Of a stretch of DNA of 64,000 nucleotides, positions 38,692-48,242 are shown one piece after another. The notes under the pieces were generated by a model. That model was not told where the DNA came from and did no database searches. It worked only from the letters and a program-made list of their open reading frames with translations. Position 1 is the stretch's first letter. Each line of letters begins with the position of its first letter. The translations under genes and the position numbers were made by a program. The stretch is from an uncultured Vicinamibacteraceae bacterium (GTDB lineage: Bacteria; Acidobacteriota; Vicinamibacteria; Vicinamibacterales; UBA8438): NCBI GenBank assembly GCA_964624855.1, contig CAZUZW010000008.1:8993-72992 (forward strand). Direction: 5' to 3'.

Positions 38692-40608
38692 CTAGACATC
38701 AAGGTCATCTGCCTGGTCTGCTTTGTCCATAATAAATCGGAACCTCGCGCCCGCGTCTTTACCCATTAATTCGTGGATCACGCGGTCTGTCGTAATTTGA
38801 TCACTGATGTGGACTCTTATTAGACGGCGGGTTTTTGGGTTCAGTGTTGTATTCCAGAGCACCTTCGGCATCATTTCACCTAAACCCTTAAAGCGTGTAA
38901 TTTCGTGAGAGTGTGATGTCCCGTGCTGATTTAATATCTGGTCCCGGTCTTTGTCGTCAAGGGCCCAAAAAGTCTTTCGGCCGATGTCGATTCGATACAG
39001 TGGTGGCTGTGCTAAAAAGACCCGGCCGTGAGTAATTAACGGAGTCATATGTCGATACAAGAAGGTTAAGAGCAACGTAGCTATGTGATTGCCATCTGAG
39101 TCTGCATCGGCCAGGATGATGACGCGGTTATAGCGAAGTTTTTCAAGGTCACAGGATTTTCCTAGCCCACATCCCAGAGCTGTGGCGAGATCCGAAAGTT
39201 CCTTGTTCTCAAGTACTTTCGTCATCGACGCACTTTCGACGTTGAGAACCTTTCCGCGCAGCGGAAGGATTGCTTGACATCGCCGGTCTCGCGCTTGCTT
39301 CGCCGACCCGCCTGCCGAGTCGCCTTCGACAACAAACAGCTCGCGTTCAGGACGGTTTGTAGTGGAGCAGTCGCTCAATTTCCCAGGCAAGTTCAAACGT
39401 GATGATGCCACGCTTTTTCGGTTCAGTTGCTGTTGCGCGGCCCGGCTCGCCTCTCGTGCCCTGGCGGCGAGTGTAATACGAGCTACGATTGCTTCGGCTA
39501 CGCTGATGTTGTGGTTGAGCCAGTGTTCTAGGGCTGGTCTAATTAAGGAATCCAAGGTCGACGCGATCTCAGGGTTGTTTAGTCGGTCCTTGGTTTGGCC
39601 TTGAAACTGGGGGTCCGGTACGAAGACACTGAGAATTCCGGTTAGTCCCTCACGGATGTCTTCAGACGTGACTGTTACACCCTTTGGGGACAAGTTGTGC
39701 GTTTCCATAAAATTTCGCATTGCCTTGCCGACACCCGATCGGAAACCGTTTTCATGTGTGCCACCCGATGCGGTTGGAATTCCATTGACATAACTCCGAA
39801 GCAGTTCGTCCGTAGACTCAGTCCACCGGAGCACCACTGCTACTTTTGAGCCACTGTCGGCGTGAGTTCGTTCAAGTGAAAAAATAGCGTCGTGGACAGG
39901 AGCGGACCGCTGCGTGTTTACGATGTGTGCGAGATAGTCAACCAACCCGGCGTCATGCTGAAAGGTGTGGCGGCGGTTGTGAGTATCATCATCGAACGTT
40001 AGCTTTACTCCGCTGTGTAAGTAGCTGGCGATCTCAAGGCGTTCAGCTATTAGATCGGAATCAAATTCGGTGTGCGGAAATATTTGAGGATCTGGGCGAA
40101 AGAAGATTGTCGTTCCGGTACCACGGACGCTGCGGAGGCGCTTCAATGTTTTTGACGGCTTACCGCGATGAAAGGTTTGGCTCCATTCAAAACCATCTCT
40201 TCGCGAATGCGCGATAAGGTCTTTGGAGAGTGCGTTTACGACGCTGGCGCCGACGCCGTGCAATCCTCCGGCCGTTCGATAAGTACGGTGCTCAAACTTT
40301 CCGCCCGCATGGAGTGTCGTGAAAATTACCTCCAAAGCGCTTTTGCCGGTCTTTGGGTGTCGGTCAATCGGGATGCCTCGGCCATCATCGGTGACGGTCA
40401 AGGATGAACCGTCAGCATGTAGTGTGACTTGGATATTCTGTGCGTGACCGTTCATAGCTTCGTCGACGGCATTGTCGACAATTTCCCACACTAGATGGTG
40501 TAGGCCAGACATTCCGACTCCGCCTATATACATTCCTGGACGTTTGCGAACCGGTTCTAGGCCTTCCAGTACGGTGATGTCCTTTGCGGTATAGGATCGA
40601 CCTCCCAC
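38692..40608 (-). CDS. parE: Type IIA topoisomerase subunit B (ParE/GyrB-like)
   Basis: EIVDNAVDE, GGLHGVGASVVNALS, VEGDSAGG, PLRGK, DADSDG, RFKGLGEM. ParE rather than GyrB is inferred from the partner subunit. Confidence 0.85.
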   Translation of the reverse strand: MGGRSYTAKDITVLEGLEPVRKRPGMYIGGVGMSGLHHLVWEIVDNAVDEAMNGHAQNIQVTLHADGSSLTVTDDGRGIPIDRHPKTGKSALEVIFTTLHAGGKFEHRTYRTAGGLHGVGASVVNALSKDLIAHSRRDGFEWSQTFHRGKPSKTLKRLRSVRGTGTTIFFRPDPQIFPHTEFDSDLIAERLEIASYLHSGVKLTFDDDTHNRRHTFQHDAGLVDYLAHIVNTQRSAPVHDAIFSLERTHADSGSKVAVVLRWTESTDELLRSYVNGIPTASGGTHENGFRSGVGKAMRNFMETHNLSPKGVTVTSEDIREGLTGILSVFVPDPQFQGQTKDRLNNPEIASTLDSLIRPALEHWLNHNISVAEAIVARITLAARAREASRAAQQQLNRKSVASSRLNLPGKLSDCSTTNRPERELFVVEGDSAGGSAKQARDRRCQAILPLRGKVLNVESASMTKVLENKELSDLATALGCGLGKSCDLEKLRYNRVIILADADSDGNHIATLLLTFLYRHMTPLITHGRVFLAQPPLYRIDIGRKTFWALDDKDRDQILNQHGTSHSHEITRFKGLGEMMPKVLWNTTLNPKTRRLIRVHISDQITTDRVIHELMGKDAGARFRFIMDKADQADDLDV

Positions 40609-40746
40609 TTATTTAGCCTCTTCTTTTAAACTACTTGAGTATTCGTCAAGTGTTAAGAAACTGATGGATTTGATTCCATGAGTTTCATTGGAGAGACTGA
40701 TTTCTGGTCGTTTGAGAACGACTGGTGTTTTACCTGTGGGTTTCAT
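40609..40746 (-). CDS. Possible 45-aa small ORF between the topoisomerase genes
   Basis: MKPTGKTPVVLKRPEISLSNETHGIKSISFLTLDEYSSSLKEEAK. Starts 1 nt after the subunit A stop; its TAA directly precedes the subunit B GTG. Confidence 0.35.
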   Translation of the reverse strand: MKPTGKTPVVLKRPEISLSNETHGIKSISFLTLDEYSSSLKEEAK

Positions 40747-40747
40747 T

Positions 40748-43144
40748 TCAGTCGTTCTCTTCTTCGAGTGAAGGCGTTTTTATGCGCGATGGGATTACTC
40801 GAATGAAGTGTCCTCGCTGTAACAGCTGTCGGCCTTTCCCTCCTCGACCACTGACACCGTATTTCGTCGTACTGATTGTTTGGTGAGCCCCCCGGCTAGT
40901 TTCGACTGTGAGTAGTTGACGTTCTGTACGAGACACCACGAAACCCAAGACACTATCTGGTTCACCATCAGTTTTTGACAGCTTAATCAACGTGACTCCT
41001 TTTCCTGGTCCAGACAAGAAATTAATGGCCTTCGAGTTACAAAGAATAGCTCGTGCTGATTTTGTGGCGGCGATGACGATTCCGGTTCCATCAACTCGCT
41101 CGACTCCTACAATCTCAGCATTTTTTGTGGGACGTGCGAAGCGCCGACCGGCTCGAGTGCTGGGTTCTGCATACGGTTCTATGCTGAAACGCAGAGCATA
41201 ACCATCATTACTGACTGCAAGAGCGTGGGTTCGCGGAATTGTTCCTGCTCTTTTTTGGGCTATGCCTGAGGTGATTCGTGGGTCAAGACTGAGTGCGGCT
41301 ATGACGCGTTCCCCGTCCCTGAACTTGAAATGTCTTTGGATTGGTTCACCGTAGCCGGTGGAGGCCGGAATATCTATAAGCCTACACGTGTACGCGACAC
41401 CAAAGTTTGTAAAGAACACGCCGGTAGATCTGGTGCTACCAGCTAAAGCAGTTAGGAGGGAATCCCCTTCTCTGAGACGAGTGGTCGAAACATCACGAAC
41501 TTCCTTTTGGCGTTTCACCCAGCCGTCATTAGACACAAGTACGACACAGTTTTCGTCGATTATGAAGTCGTCTTCATTGTACTCAGGTTCTTCAGAAACG
41601 CTTTCGATCAGAGTGCGCCGAGGGTATTTCTTCGTGTTTCCGTACGATTTCTGGATTTCTCTGATCTCGTCGCGGACGACGTTCCAGCGTCGATCCTCAT
41701 GTTTTAATAAGCCGCCTATGTGTCGCGCACGTTTTCGCTTGTCGGCTAGTTCATTCCGAATGAGCAGAATTTCGAGTCTTGCGAGACGATAGACCTTGAG
41801 TTCCAAGATGGCGTCAGTTTGTTCTGCGTCCAGTTTGAAGCGGCGCATGATTTTCGTGGCAGCATCGGATTTGCCGTCCGATGCTCTAATGAGTTTGATA
41901 ATTGTGTCGAGTGCATCGAATACCTTGGCGAATCCTTCAAGAACATGAATCCTTTTCTTTAATTCCCTAAGGTCGTGCTCAAATGCATTGGTAACGACTT
42001 CGAGCCTAAACTTGAGGAAATATTGCAGTAGTTGCCTGAGATCGAGGCGTTCGGGGCGACCTATGTCCTCTTGATCGGTTGGAACTAGACACGTCATGTT
42101 GACCGAGAAATTGCTCTGGAGAGGCGTGTTCTTGAAGAGGTAAGCCATGACCAGTTGTTCGTCTGCATTATCTTTTAGCTCTAAGGCGATTCGTACGTTG
42201 TCGGTTGATTCATCTCGGATGTCAACAAGTGGTGGAAGTTTTCGTGCCAGGATGATCTCGGCAATGCGCTCCACGATCTGAGCCTTGTTAGTAGCAAAGG
42301 GAAGACTGGTGATGTAAACGGTCTTGGTGGAGGAACTTTTATCCCATGTTGCGCGAAGCTTCAGGGTACCAGAGCCGCTGCTGTAGATTTGCTTGAGCTC
42401 CTCAGATGTATTTAGGAGCTGTCCACCGGTCGGGAAATCAGGTCCCTTGATGTAGCGGCAGAGGCGACTACTACTAAGTTCAGGATTGTCTAGGAGTTTA
42501 AGCAGTGCCGTGCAAACTTCTCCGAGATGGTGAGAAGGAATGTTGGTCGCCATACCGACGGCGATTCCGGTCGTGCCGTTGATTAGAAGTGTTGGCAGTC
42601 GGGATGGCAATACTACTGGCTCTTGGCGTGTCCCGTCGTAGGTCGATTTAAACGCTACCGTTTGTTTTCCCAGAGCATCGAGTAACTCGGTGCTAGGCGC
42701 AGCCAGGCGGCATTCTGTGTAACGCATTGCAGCGGCACTGTCGCCGTCGATCGACCCAAAATTACCTGATCCTTCAATCAAGGGATATCGAAGTGCGAAT
42801 GGCTGCGCCATTCGTACAAGTGTGTCGTATATGGCCGAGTCACCATGTGGATGGTAGCTTCCCATGACGTCTCCGACGACCTTTGCGCATTTCCTCGGTT
42901 TCGCGTCCGGCGTCAAGTGCTGCTGCCACATCGTAAATAAGACACGTCGCTGAACTGGCTTGAGGCCGTCTCTAACGTCAGGAAGGGCTCTCGCGGTGAT
43001 AACGGAAAGTGCGTAATTGAGATAGCGAGATTGCGCGGCTTCATGCAGCGGGACGACATTGACGTTGGCATTGTGGGCCTCTACATCCGCCTCTATGGCG
43101 TCGAGCAACGGTGCGCGGCTTTCTTTCTTCTGTCGTTTGGCCAA
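40748..43144 (-). CDS. parC: Type IIA topoisomerase subunit A (ParC/GyrA-like)
   Basis: [37 protein letters not shown]. No GyrA-box at the CTD start. TTG 43144 has a GGAG RBS. Confidence 0.85.
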   Translation of the reverse strand: MAKRQKKESRAPLLDAIEADVEAHNANVNVVPLHEAAQSRYLNYALSVITARALPDVRDGLKPVQRRVLFTMWQQHLTPDAKPRKCAKVVGDVMGSYHPHGDSAIYDTLVRMAQPFALRYPLIEGSGNFGSIDGDSAAAMRYTECRLAAPSTELLDALGKQTVAFKSTYDGTRQEPVVLPSRLPTLLINGTTGIAVGMATNIPSHHLGEVCTALLKLLDNPELSSSRLCRYIKGPDFPTGGQLLNTSEELKQIYSSGSGTLKLRATWDKSSSTKTVYITSLPFATNKAQIVERIAEIILARKLPPLVDIRDESTDNVRIALELKDNADEQLVMAYLFKNTPLQSNFSVNMTCLVPTDQEDIGRPERLDLRQLLQYFLKFRLEVVTNAFEHDLRELKKRIHVLEGFAKVFDALDTIIKLIRASDGKSDAATKIMRRFKLDAEQTDAILELKVYRLARLEILLIRNELADKRKRARHIGGLLKHEDRRWNVVRDEIREIQKSYGNTKKYPRRTLIESVSEEPEYNEDDFIIDENCVVLVSNDGWVKRQKEVRDVSTTRLREGDSLLTALAGSTRSTGVFFTNFGVAYTCRLIDIPASTGYGEPIQRHFKFRDGERVIAALSLDPRITSGIAQKRAGTIPRTHALAVSNDGYALRFSIEPYAEPSTRAGRRFARPTKNAEIVGVERVDGTGIVIAATKSARAILCNSKAINFLSGPGKGVTLIKLSKTDGEPDSVLGFVVSRTERQLLTVETSRGAHQTISTTKYGVSGRGGKGRQLLQRGHFIRVIPSRIKTPSLEEEND

Positions 43145-43168
43145 CTTAGGGTTCTCCCACCGACCCAA

Positions 43169-43855
43169 TTAGGTAGTTGCTACTGGCCCGAAGCCATCGG
43201 TTAACCAAGGGTCCTTTAGCGACGTTCCAATCACCGCAAGTAACTCACTTAATATCATGGCTGTTGCCCCCCACACTCGTTCGTCGTCCACAGCAAAGTA
43301 AGGTACTTGGTAACGGTTATTCTTGTGCCAACGATAGCCAAGATGCAGGCCTTCTGACCCGGTGAGTGTACTCATGGAAATCTCTAAGATCCGATTAACT
43401 TCGTTTGTTTCACATAAAAACTTCGGTCGACTGTCAGCTATGCCGATAACCGGAAACAAGGCAAAACCACTGGCTGGAATATACAGTGGCGATAGTTTCC
43501 CAATTAACCGGACCCGGTGAGGGTCGAGACCTACTTCTTCATGACTTTCCCTCAGCGCCGCGGTTTCGACGCTCTCATTCGGTTCTAGCCGGCCGCCGGG
43601 GAATGAGACTTGGCCGGCGTGTTGGGGTAGGTGGTCACCTCGCACGGTAAGTAGGGTATATGCCTCTCCAGAAAATGGAAAAAGTAGGATTAATGCCGCG
43701 GACGGTTTCGCATCAAGCGGAATTTGACCGGGATCCCAGCCATGTCTGGGACGAGGTGCGAGGAGACAGTGGGCGCTAGCGCCTGGAAGCGGCTGAGTCA
43801 GGGCGCCGTGAATACTCGCTTCGATCTGATAGAGTGTTCCGGATGCTCGTATCAC
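43169..43855 (-). CDS. Nudix CoA pyrophosphatase (NudL-like)
   Basis: HAGQVSFPGG..E..AALRESHEEVG, VWGATA. Confidence 0.9.
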   Translation of the reverse strand: MIRASGTLYQIEASIHGALTQPLPGASAHCLLAPRPRHGWDPGQIPLDAKPSAALILLFPFSGEAYTLLTVRGDHLPQHAGQVSFPGGRLEPNESVETAALRESHEEVGLDPHRVRLIGKLSPLYIPASGFALFPVIGIADSRPKFLCETNEVNRILEISMSTLTGSEGLHLGYRWHKNNRYQVPYFAVDDERVWGATAMILSELLAVIGTSLKDPWLTDGFGPVATT

Positions 43856-43916
43856 AGTGTGCTTGATTAACTAGTTTACTGCCACTACTGCGGCAACCCT
43901 CCGTCAATCTCATCTA

Positions 43917-45347
43917 ATGAGTAACGGTAATTCACAACAAAAGCGGTTTGACCGGACCATCGTCGAAGGGCCTCTTCAGGGGGCCGTTTGGAAGATTGCT
44001 TGGCCAACTATGCTCCAGAATGTCGTTGGGGGCATGCAGGGCATCATTGACCAGGCGATGGTTGGCCACTATGTCGGTTTTACCGCAAATGCTGCAATTG
44101 GTGTCAGTGTTCAAATTTTTATCCTTGTGATCGTGTTTGTCGCTTCCGTTTTTAGTGGGATGGCTGTCCTCGTAGCACGGTTTACCGGTGCTAATGATCC
44201 TGAGAGTGTCAACCGGGTTGTCTATCAAGCATTCCTAACAGCCGTTTTCATGGCAGTGGGTATTTTGGCGCCACTTGGTTATTTCTATTCGCCGTGGTTA
44301 CTCGACATGGTCAACGCTTCGCAAGACGTCCAACTCGAAGCGCTGCCATTTCTTCGGATTAATTTTGTCTTCAGCATTGGGGTGTTGGTCTTTTTCATGA
44401 TGAGTGGTGCCCTGAGATCTGCCGGAGATGCTCGGACTCCGCTGCGACTTGGATTCATGATGACGATCGTGAACATCCTGTTGAATGTCATCTTGATTCG
44501 GGGATTCGGTCCCATCCCGGCATTTGGTACTGTTGGCGCTGCCATGGGGACGGCAATAGCTAGTGGGGTTACGGCAATTGGCTTCATGTGGTTACTGTTT
44601 TCCGGTCGTCTTGTGATCAAATTTTCGAGGCACATGTCGTTTCGACCTGACTTCAGGATCATTCGCGAGCTGTTTAAATTTGGGTTACCAACCGGGTTTC
44701 AAGGCATTGTCATGAACCTGGCCGGTGTGTTTCTCCTTCGATTCATCGGCGGACTCCAGTACAGTGCGGAGGCTCAGGCCGCATATTCGATTGGTTACAC
44801 ACAACTGTTTGCTTTGATCACGTGGACATCTGTCGGACTGATGGGTGCTACGTCTGCGGTGGCAGGACAAAATTTGGGTGCGGGTCATCCGGACCGGAGT
44901 GAACGGGCGGCCAAAGTGGCGGCCGGGATGGGTCTTGCCGTGGCCAGCGCGGTCAGTCTGTTGTTTGTGTTGTTTCCTGAGCCGCTGTTTGCCGTGTTCG
45001 CACTGCGACCCTTCGGGGCAGATGAAGGCATTGCCTTTGAACTAGGGAGCCAACTGTTAGGGTATTTGGCCGTGTCGGGTTTCTTCGTTACGGTCGCACT
45101 TACCTATACCGGCGCGTTGCAAGGAACCGGTGATACCCGTAGCCCACTCTATATTTCGATTGTTTCACAACTACTACTTCCCATTGGGTTCTGCACTTTT
45201 TTCTCTTTGACACGCGGCCTGGTGGCGACGGATATTTGGCTAGCTATTGTGCTTGGTCACGTGACACGGGCAGGACTGAGTGTACTCAGATTTCGCCAGG
45301 GTAAATGGCGTGACATCGTCGTGGATATTGGAACGGCGAAAGTGTGA
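43917..45347 (+). CDS. MATE efflux transporter
   Basis: D.AMVG, ALRSAGDARTP, GQNLGAG, LQGTGDT; about 12 TM helices. Confidence 0.92.
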   Translation: MSNGNSQQKRFDRTIVEGPLQGAVWKIAWPTMLQNVVGGMQGIIDQAMVGHYVGFTANAAIGVSVQIFILVIVFVASVFSGMAVLVARFTGANDPESVNRVVYQAFLTAVFMAVGILAPLGYFYSPWLLDMVNASQDVQLEALPFLRINFVFSIGVLVFFMMSGALRSAGDARTPLRLGFMMTIVNILLNVILIRGFGPIPAFGTVGAAMGTAIASGVTAIGFMWLLFSGRLVIKFSRHMSFRPDFRIIRELFKFGLPTGFQGIVMNLAGVFLLRFIGGLQYSAEAQAAYSIGYTQLFALITWTSVGLMGATSAVAGQNLGAGHPDRSERAAKVAAGMGLAVASAVSLLFVLFPEPLFAVFALRPFGADEGIAFELGSQLLGYLAVSGFFVTVALTYTGALQGTGDTRSPLYISIVSQLLLPIGFCTFFSLTRGLVATDIWLAIVLGHVTRAGLSVLRFRQGKWRDIVVDIGTAKV

Positions 45348-45368
45348 TATTTCTTTCAATAACGTTTT

Positions 45369-46520
45369 TTGATGCCGAAGCTGAAACGGTCAACGCTCGC
45401 TGCGCAGGCGCTAGGGTGGCGCGATTCAATCACTGGGTCGCTGGTTCCACCTCTGGTCGCTTCTGTCCCCTATGAACGTGCTGCTGATGGCAGCTATACC
45501 GCAGGGCGTAGTTACACCCGCGATCAAAATCCCACCTACGACCAAGCCGAAGCTCTGCTTGCGGAGTTAGAAGGCGGAGCTGGCGCGATGCTATTCAGTT
45601 CTGGTATGGCTGCTGCCACGACAGTTTTTGAGGCACTGGAATCAGGGTCTCATGTCGTGGCTCAGCGGAATATGTACTGGACAATTCGCCGGTGGTTGGA
45701 GGAGTTGGCTGCGGACGATCGAATTAGCCTAGACCTAGTTCCCAATGGCGACCTGACGTGTCTCAAATCCGTGATTCGCCCAGGTGAGACGAAGATCGTT
45801 TGGATTGAAACACCAGCGAATCCAATGTGTGACATTACAGACATTGCTGCAAGTGCAGAGATTGCACATGCCGGTGGTGCACGCGTGGTTGTTGACAGCA
45901 CGCTAGCTACACCAGTGTTGTCTCAGCCTCTTGAATGGGGCGCTGATATGGTGATGCACTCCGCTACCAAACAACTCAACGGGCATTCTGATGTGCTCGC
46001 AGGTGCATTAGTTACCAAGGTTGAAGATAACTTCTGGACCCGAATTGGTCACGACAGAGTCAGTCGTGGCGCTGTGATGGGTCCGTTTGAAGCATGGTTG
46101 TTGCTGCGTGGCATGCGTACTTTATTTCTTAGGGTGCCGGCCGCGGCGCGCAGCGCCCTTCGGGTTGCTGAGTTACTAACTCAGCATTCAAGTGTTGTTG
46201 AGGTCATGTATCCGGGGCTTACTGGTCACCCGGGTCATGCCATCGCTGCTGCGCAGATGCAGGATGGATACGGGACGATACTGTCATTTCGTCCTATAGG
46301 CGGTGAAGTAGCCGCAAAGCGAGTAGTCGGTGCGTTGAAGGTGTTCAGAAATGCTACTTCTCTCGGCGGTGTTGAAAGCCTGGTCGAACACCGGGCACCA
46401 GTAGAAGGGCCGGATACGAATGTTCCTAATGATCTGATTCGTCTGTCGTTCGGCATCGAAGACGAGACAGATCTTATTCTCGATCTTGAACAAGCACTAG
46501 AGACGGTCGAATCTGGTTAG
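45369..46520 (+). CDS. Cys/Met metabolism PLP enzyme (cystathionine gamma-synthase/lyase family)
   Basis: YTRDQNPT, FSSGMAA, ETPANP, HSATK.LNGHSD, SLGGVESL. Confidence 0.9.
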   Translation: MMPKLKRSTLAAQALGWRDSITGSLVPPLVASVPYERAADGSYTAGRSYTRDQNPTYDQAEALLAELEGGAGAMLFSSGMAAATTVFEALESGSHVVAQRNMYWTIRRWLEELAADDRISLDLVPNGDLTCLKSVIRPGETKIVWIETPANPMCDITDIAASAEIAHAGGARVVVDSTLATPVLSQPLEWGADMVMHSATKQLNGHSDVLAGALVTKVEDNFWTRIGHDRVSRGAVMGPFEAWLLLRGMRTLFLRVPAAARSALRVAELLTQHSSVVEVMYPGLTGHPGHAIAAAQMQDGYGTILSFRPIGGEVAAKRVVGALKVFRNATSLGGVESLVEHRAPVEGPDTNVPNDLIRLSFGIEDETDLILDLEQALETVESG

Positions 46521-46641
46521 CTTGAGTGTGACTATCGATATCCTAGCGTCGGTAGCGATTGAAATGAACACCTTTATTTATCCATGACGGGTGGCAGAGC
46601 TTCTACTTCATTATCCAGAGATAAACAGTATGGTGACAGGG

Positions 46642-47172
46642 ATGAATCTCAGAATCGAGAAGGTTCGGGAAACAGATGTCGGTCTGGTGCTCTCATTAAT
46701 TAAGGATCTCGCGGCTTACGAAAAGATGTCGGATGCGGTCGTTGCCACGGAGGAAGACCTTCGACACGCACTGTTTTCAGACCCGCCACAGGTCGAAGCC
46801 TTGGTTGCTTGGTTGGGGAGCGAGGCTGTTGGGTTTACATTGTTCTTCACTAATTTTTCAACCTTTCTTGGACGACCTGGTCTCTATCTAGAAGACCTAT
46901 ACATCAAACCTCAATGGCGCCATCAGGGTTTTGGTCGACGGATGCTAGCCGCACTTGCCCAGTTGGCAGTCGATAGGAAATACGGTCGGATGGAATGGTC
47001 AGTCCTTGATTGGAATGAACTTGCCATAAAGTCGTACCGAGAGGTTGGTGCATCGCCGTTAAAGGAGTGGACTACGTGGCGCATCGTAGGGAGTCCGTTA
47101 AAAAGTTTGGCTGCATCGGCGCCTTCTACTTCGACCGAATGGGCTTTAGGAGGAGCGGATGAGCAAACATGA
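46642..47172 (+). CDS. GNAT N-acetyltransferase (diamine acetyltransferase-like)
   Basis: LAAYEK, FSTFLGRPGLYLEDLY, RHQGFG, VLDWN; start refined to ATG 46642. Confidence 0.88.
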   Translation: MNLRIEKVRETDVGLVLSLIKDLAAYEKMSDAVVATEEDLRHALFSDPPQVEALVAWLGSEAVGFTLFFTNFSTFLGRPGLYLEDLYIKPQWRHQGFGRRMLAALAQLAVDRKYGRMEWSVLDWNELAIKSYREVGASPLKEWTTWRIVGSPLKSLAASAPSTSTEWALGGADEQT

Positions 47173-48218
47173 TTAGTTATCAGCTCACCGAATTCGGTCA
47201 GCCGCTGGAATGTAAAAGTTACGCATCGCCGAATCCACGAGGAGATGAGGTCCTTTTACGTGTGCATGCCTGTGGCGTGTGTCACAGCGATGTGCATCTG
47301 TGTGATGGATTTTTTGATTTGGGTCAAGGTAGACAACTCGATTTATCGAAAGGGCGCGCTCTTCCGCTGACGTTAGGACACGAGATTTCTGGTGAAGTCA
47401 TAGGCATGGGCTCTTCTTGCCGAGGAATTACGGTCGGTGACCAGCGAGTTGTTTATCCCTGGGTGGGTTGTGGGACCTGTGGGACATGTGTGACTGGTGA
47501 CGAGCATTTGTGCCCATCGCCAAGGTCAATAGGTGTCGTGCGTGATGGTGGTTTTTCAGATCACGTTATCGTGCCTCATCCTCGTTACCTATTCGACTTG
47601 TCAACTATAGATCCGACGTTGGCGTGTACCTACGCATGTTCCGGTTTGACAGCCTATAGTGCGCTCATGAAGGTTCGGCGTCAGGCGGATGGCAAGCACG
47701 TGTTGTTAATAGGTGCCGGAGGTGTTGGTCTGGCTGCTTTAAGCCTCGCACGTGTTGTTCTCGACGCCGGAGTTGTCGTGGCGGACATTGATGCAACACG
47801 CCGGGAGGCGGCGCGTGTTGCTGGGGCTGACCAAATTGTCGACTCCTCACTTGATGGCGCACCTAAATTGACAAGAGAGATAACCGAGGGTGGTCCAGTG
47901 GCGGTAGTGGATTTTGTTGGATCTGAAGCGTCGGTTAAATTTGGTTTGGGCAGCATGAGGGCGGGTGGAACATTGATAATCGTTGGTCTATTCGGAGGCA
48001 GACTGCCGATGTCTCTCCCACTGTTTCCGTTGAAGCAACTAACGGTAGGTGGGTCGTTTGTTGGCAGTTTGAATGAGATGTCTGCACTGTCTGACTTGAT
48101 TCAAAGCCAACAGGTTTCTCCTCTGCCACTTCGTATTCGTCCGTTAGCTGAAGCGCAAGCTGCGTTGAATGAATTACGAGATGGTGTCGGTATTGGTCGA
48201 AGCGTACTGAACCCTTAA
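47169..48218 (+). CDS. Zinc-dependent alcohol dehydrogenase
   Basis: CHSD, GHE, CGTCGTC...C, GAGGVG. Confidence 0.93.
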   Translation: MISYQLTEFGQPLECKSYASPNPRGDEVLLRVHACGVCHSDVHLCDGFFDLGQGRQLDLSKGRALPLTLGHEISGEVIGMGSSCRGITVGDQRVVYPWVGCGTCGTCVTGDEHLCPSPRSIGVVRDGGFSDHVIVPHPRYLFDLSTIDPTLACTYACSGLTAYSALMKVRRQADGKHVLLIGAGGVGLAALSLARVVLDAGVVVADIDATRREAARVAGADQIVDSSLDGAPKLTREITEGGPVAVVDFVGSEASVKFGLGSMRAGGTLIIVGLFGGRLPMSLPLFPLKQLTVGGSFVGSLNEMSALSDLIQSQQVSPLPLRIRPLAEAQAALNELRDGVGIGRSVLNP

Positions 48219-48242
48219 ATGTCCAAGATGTTGGGCTAGAAC

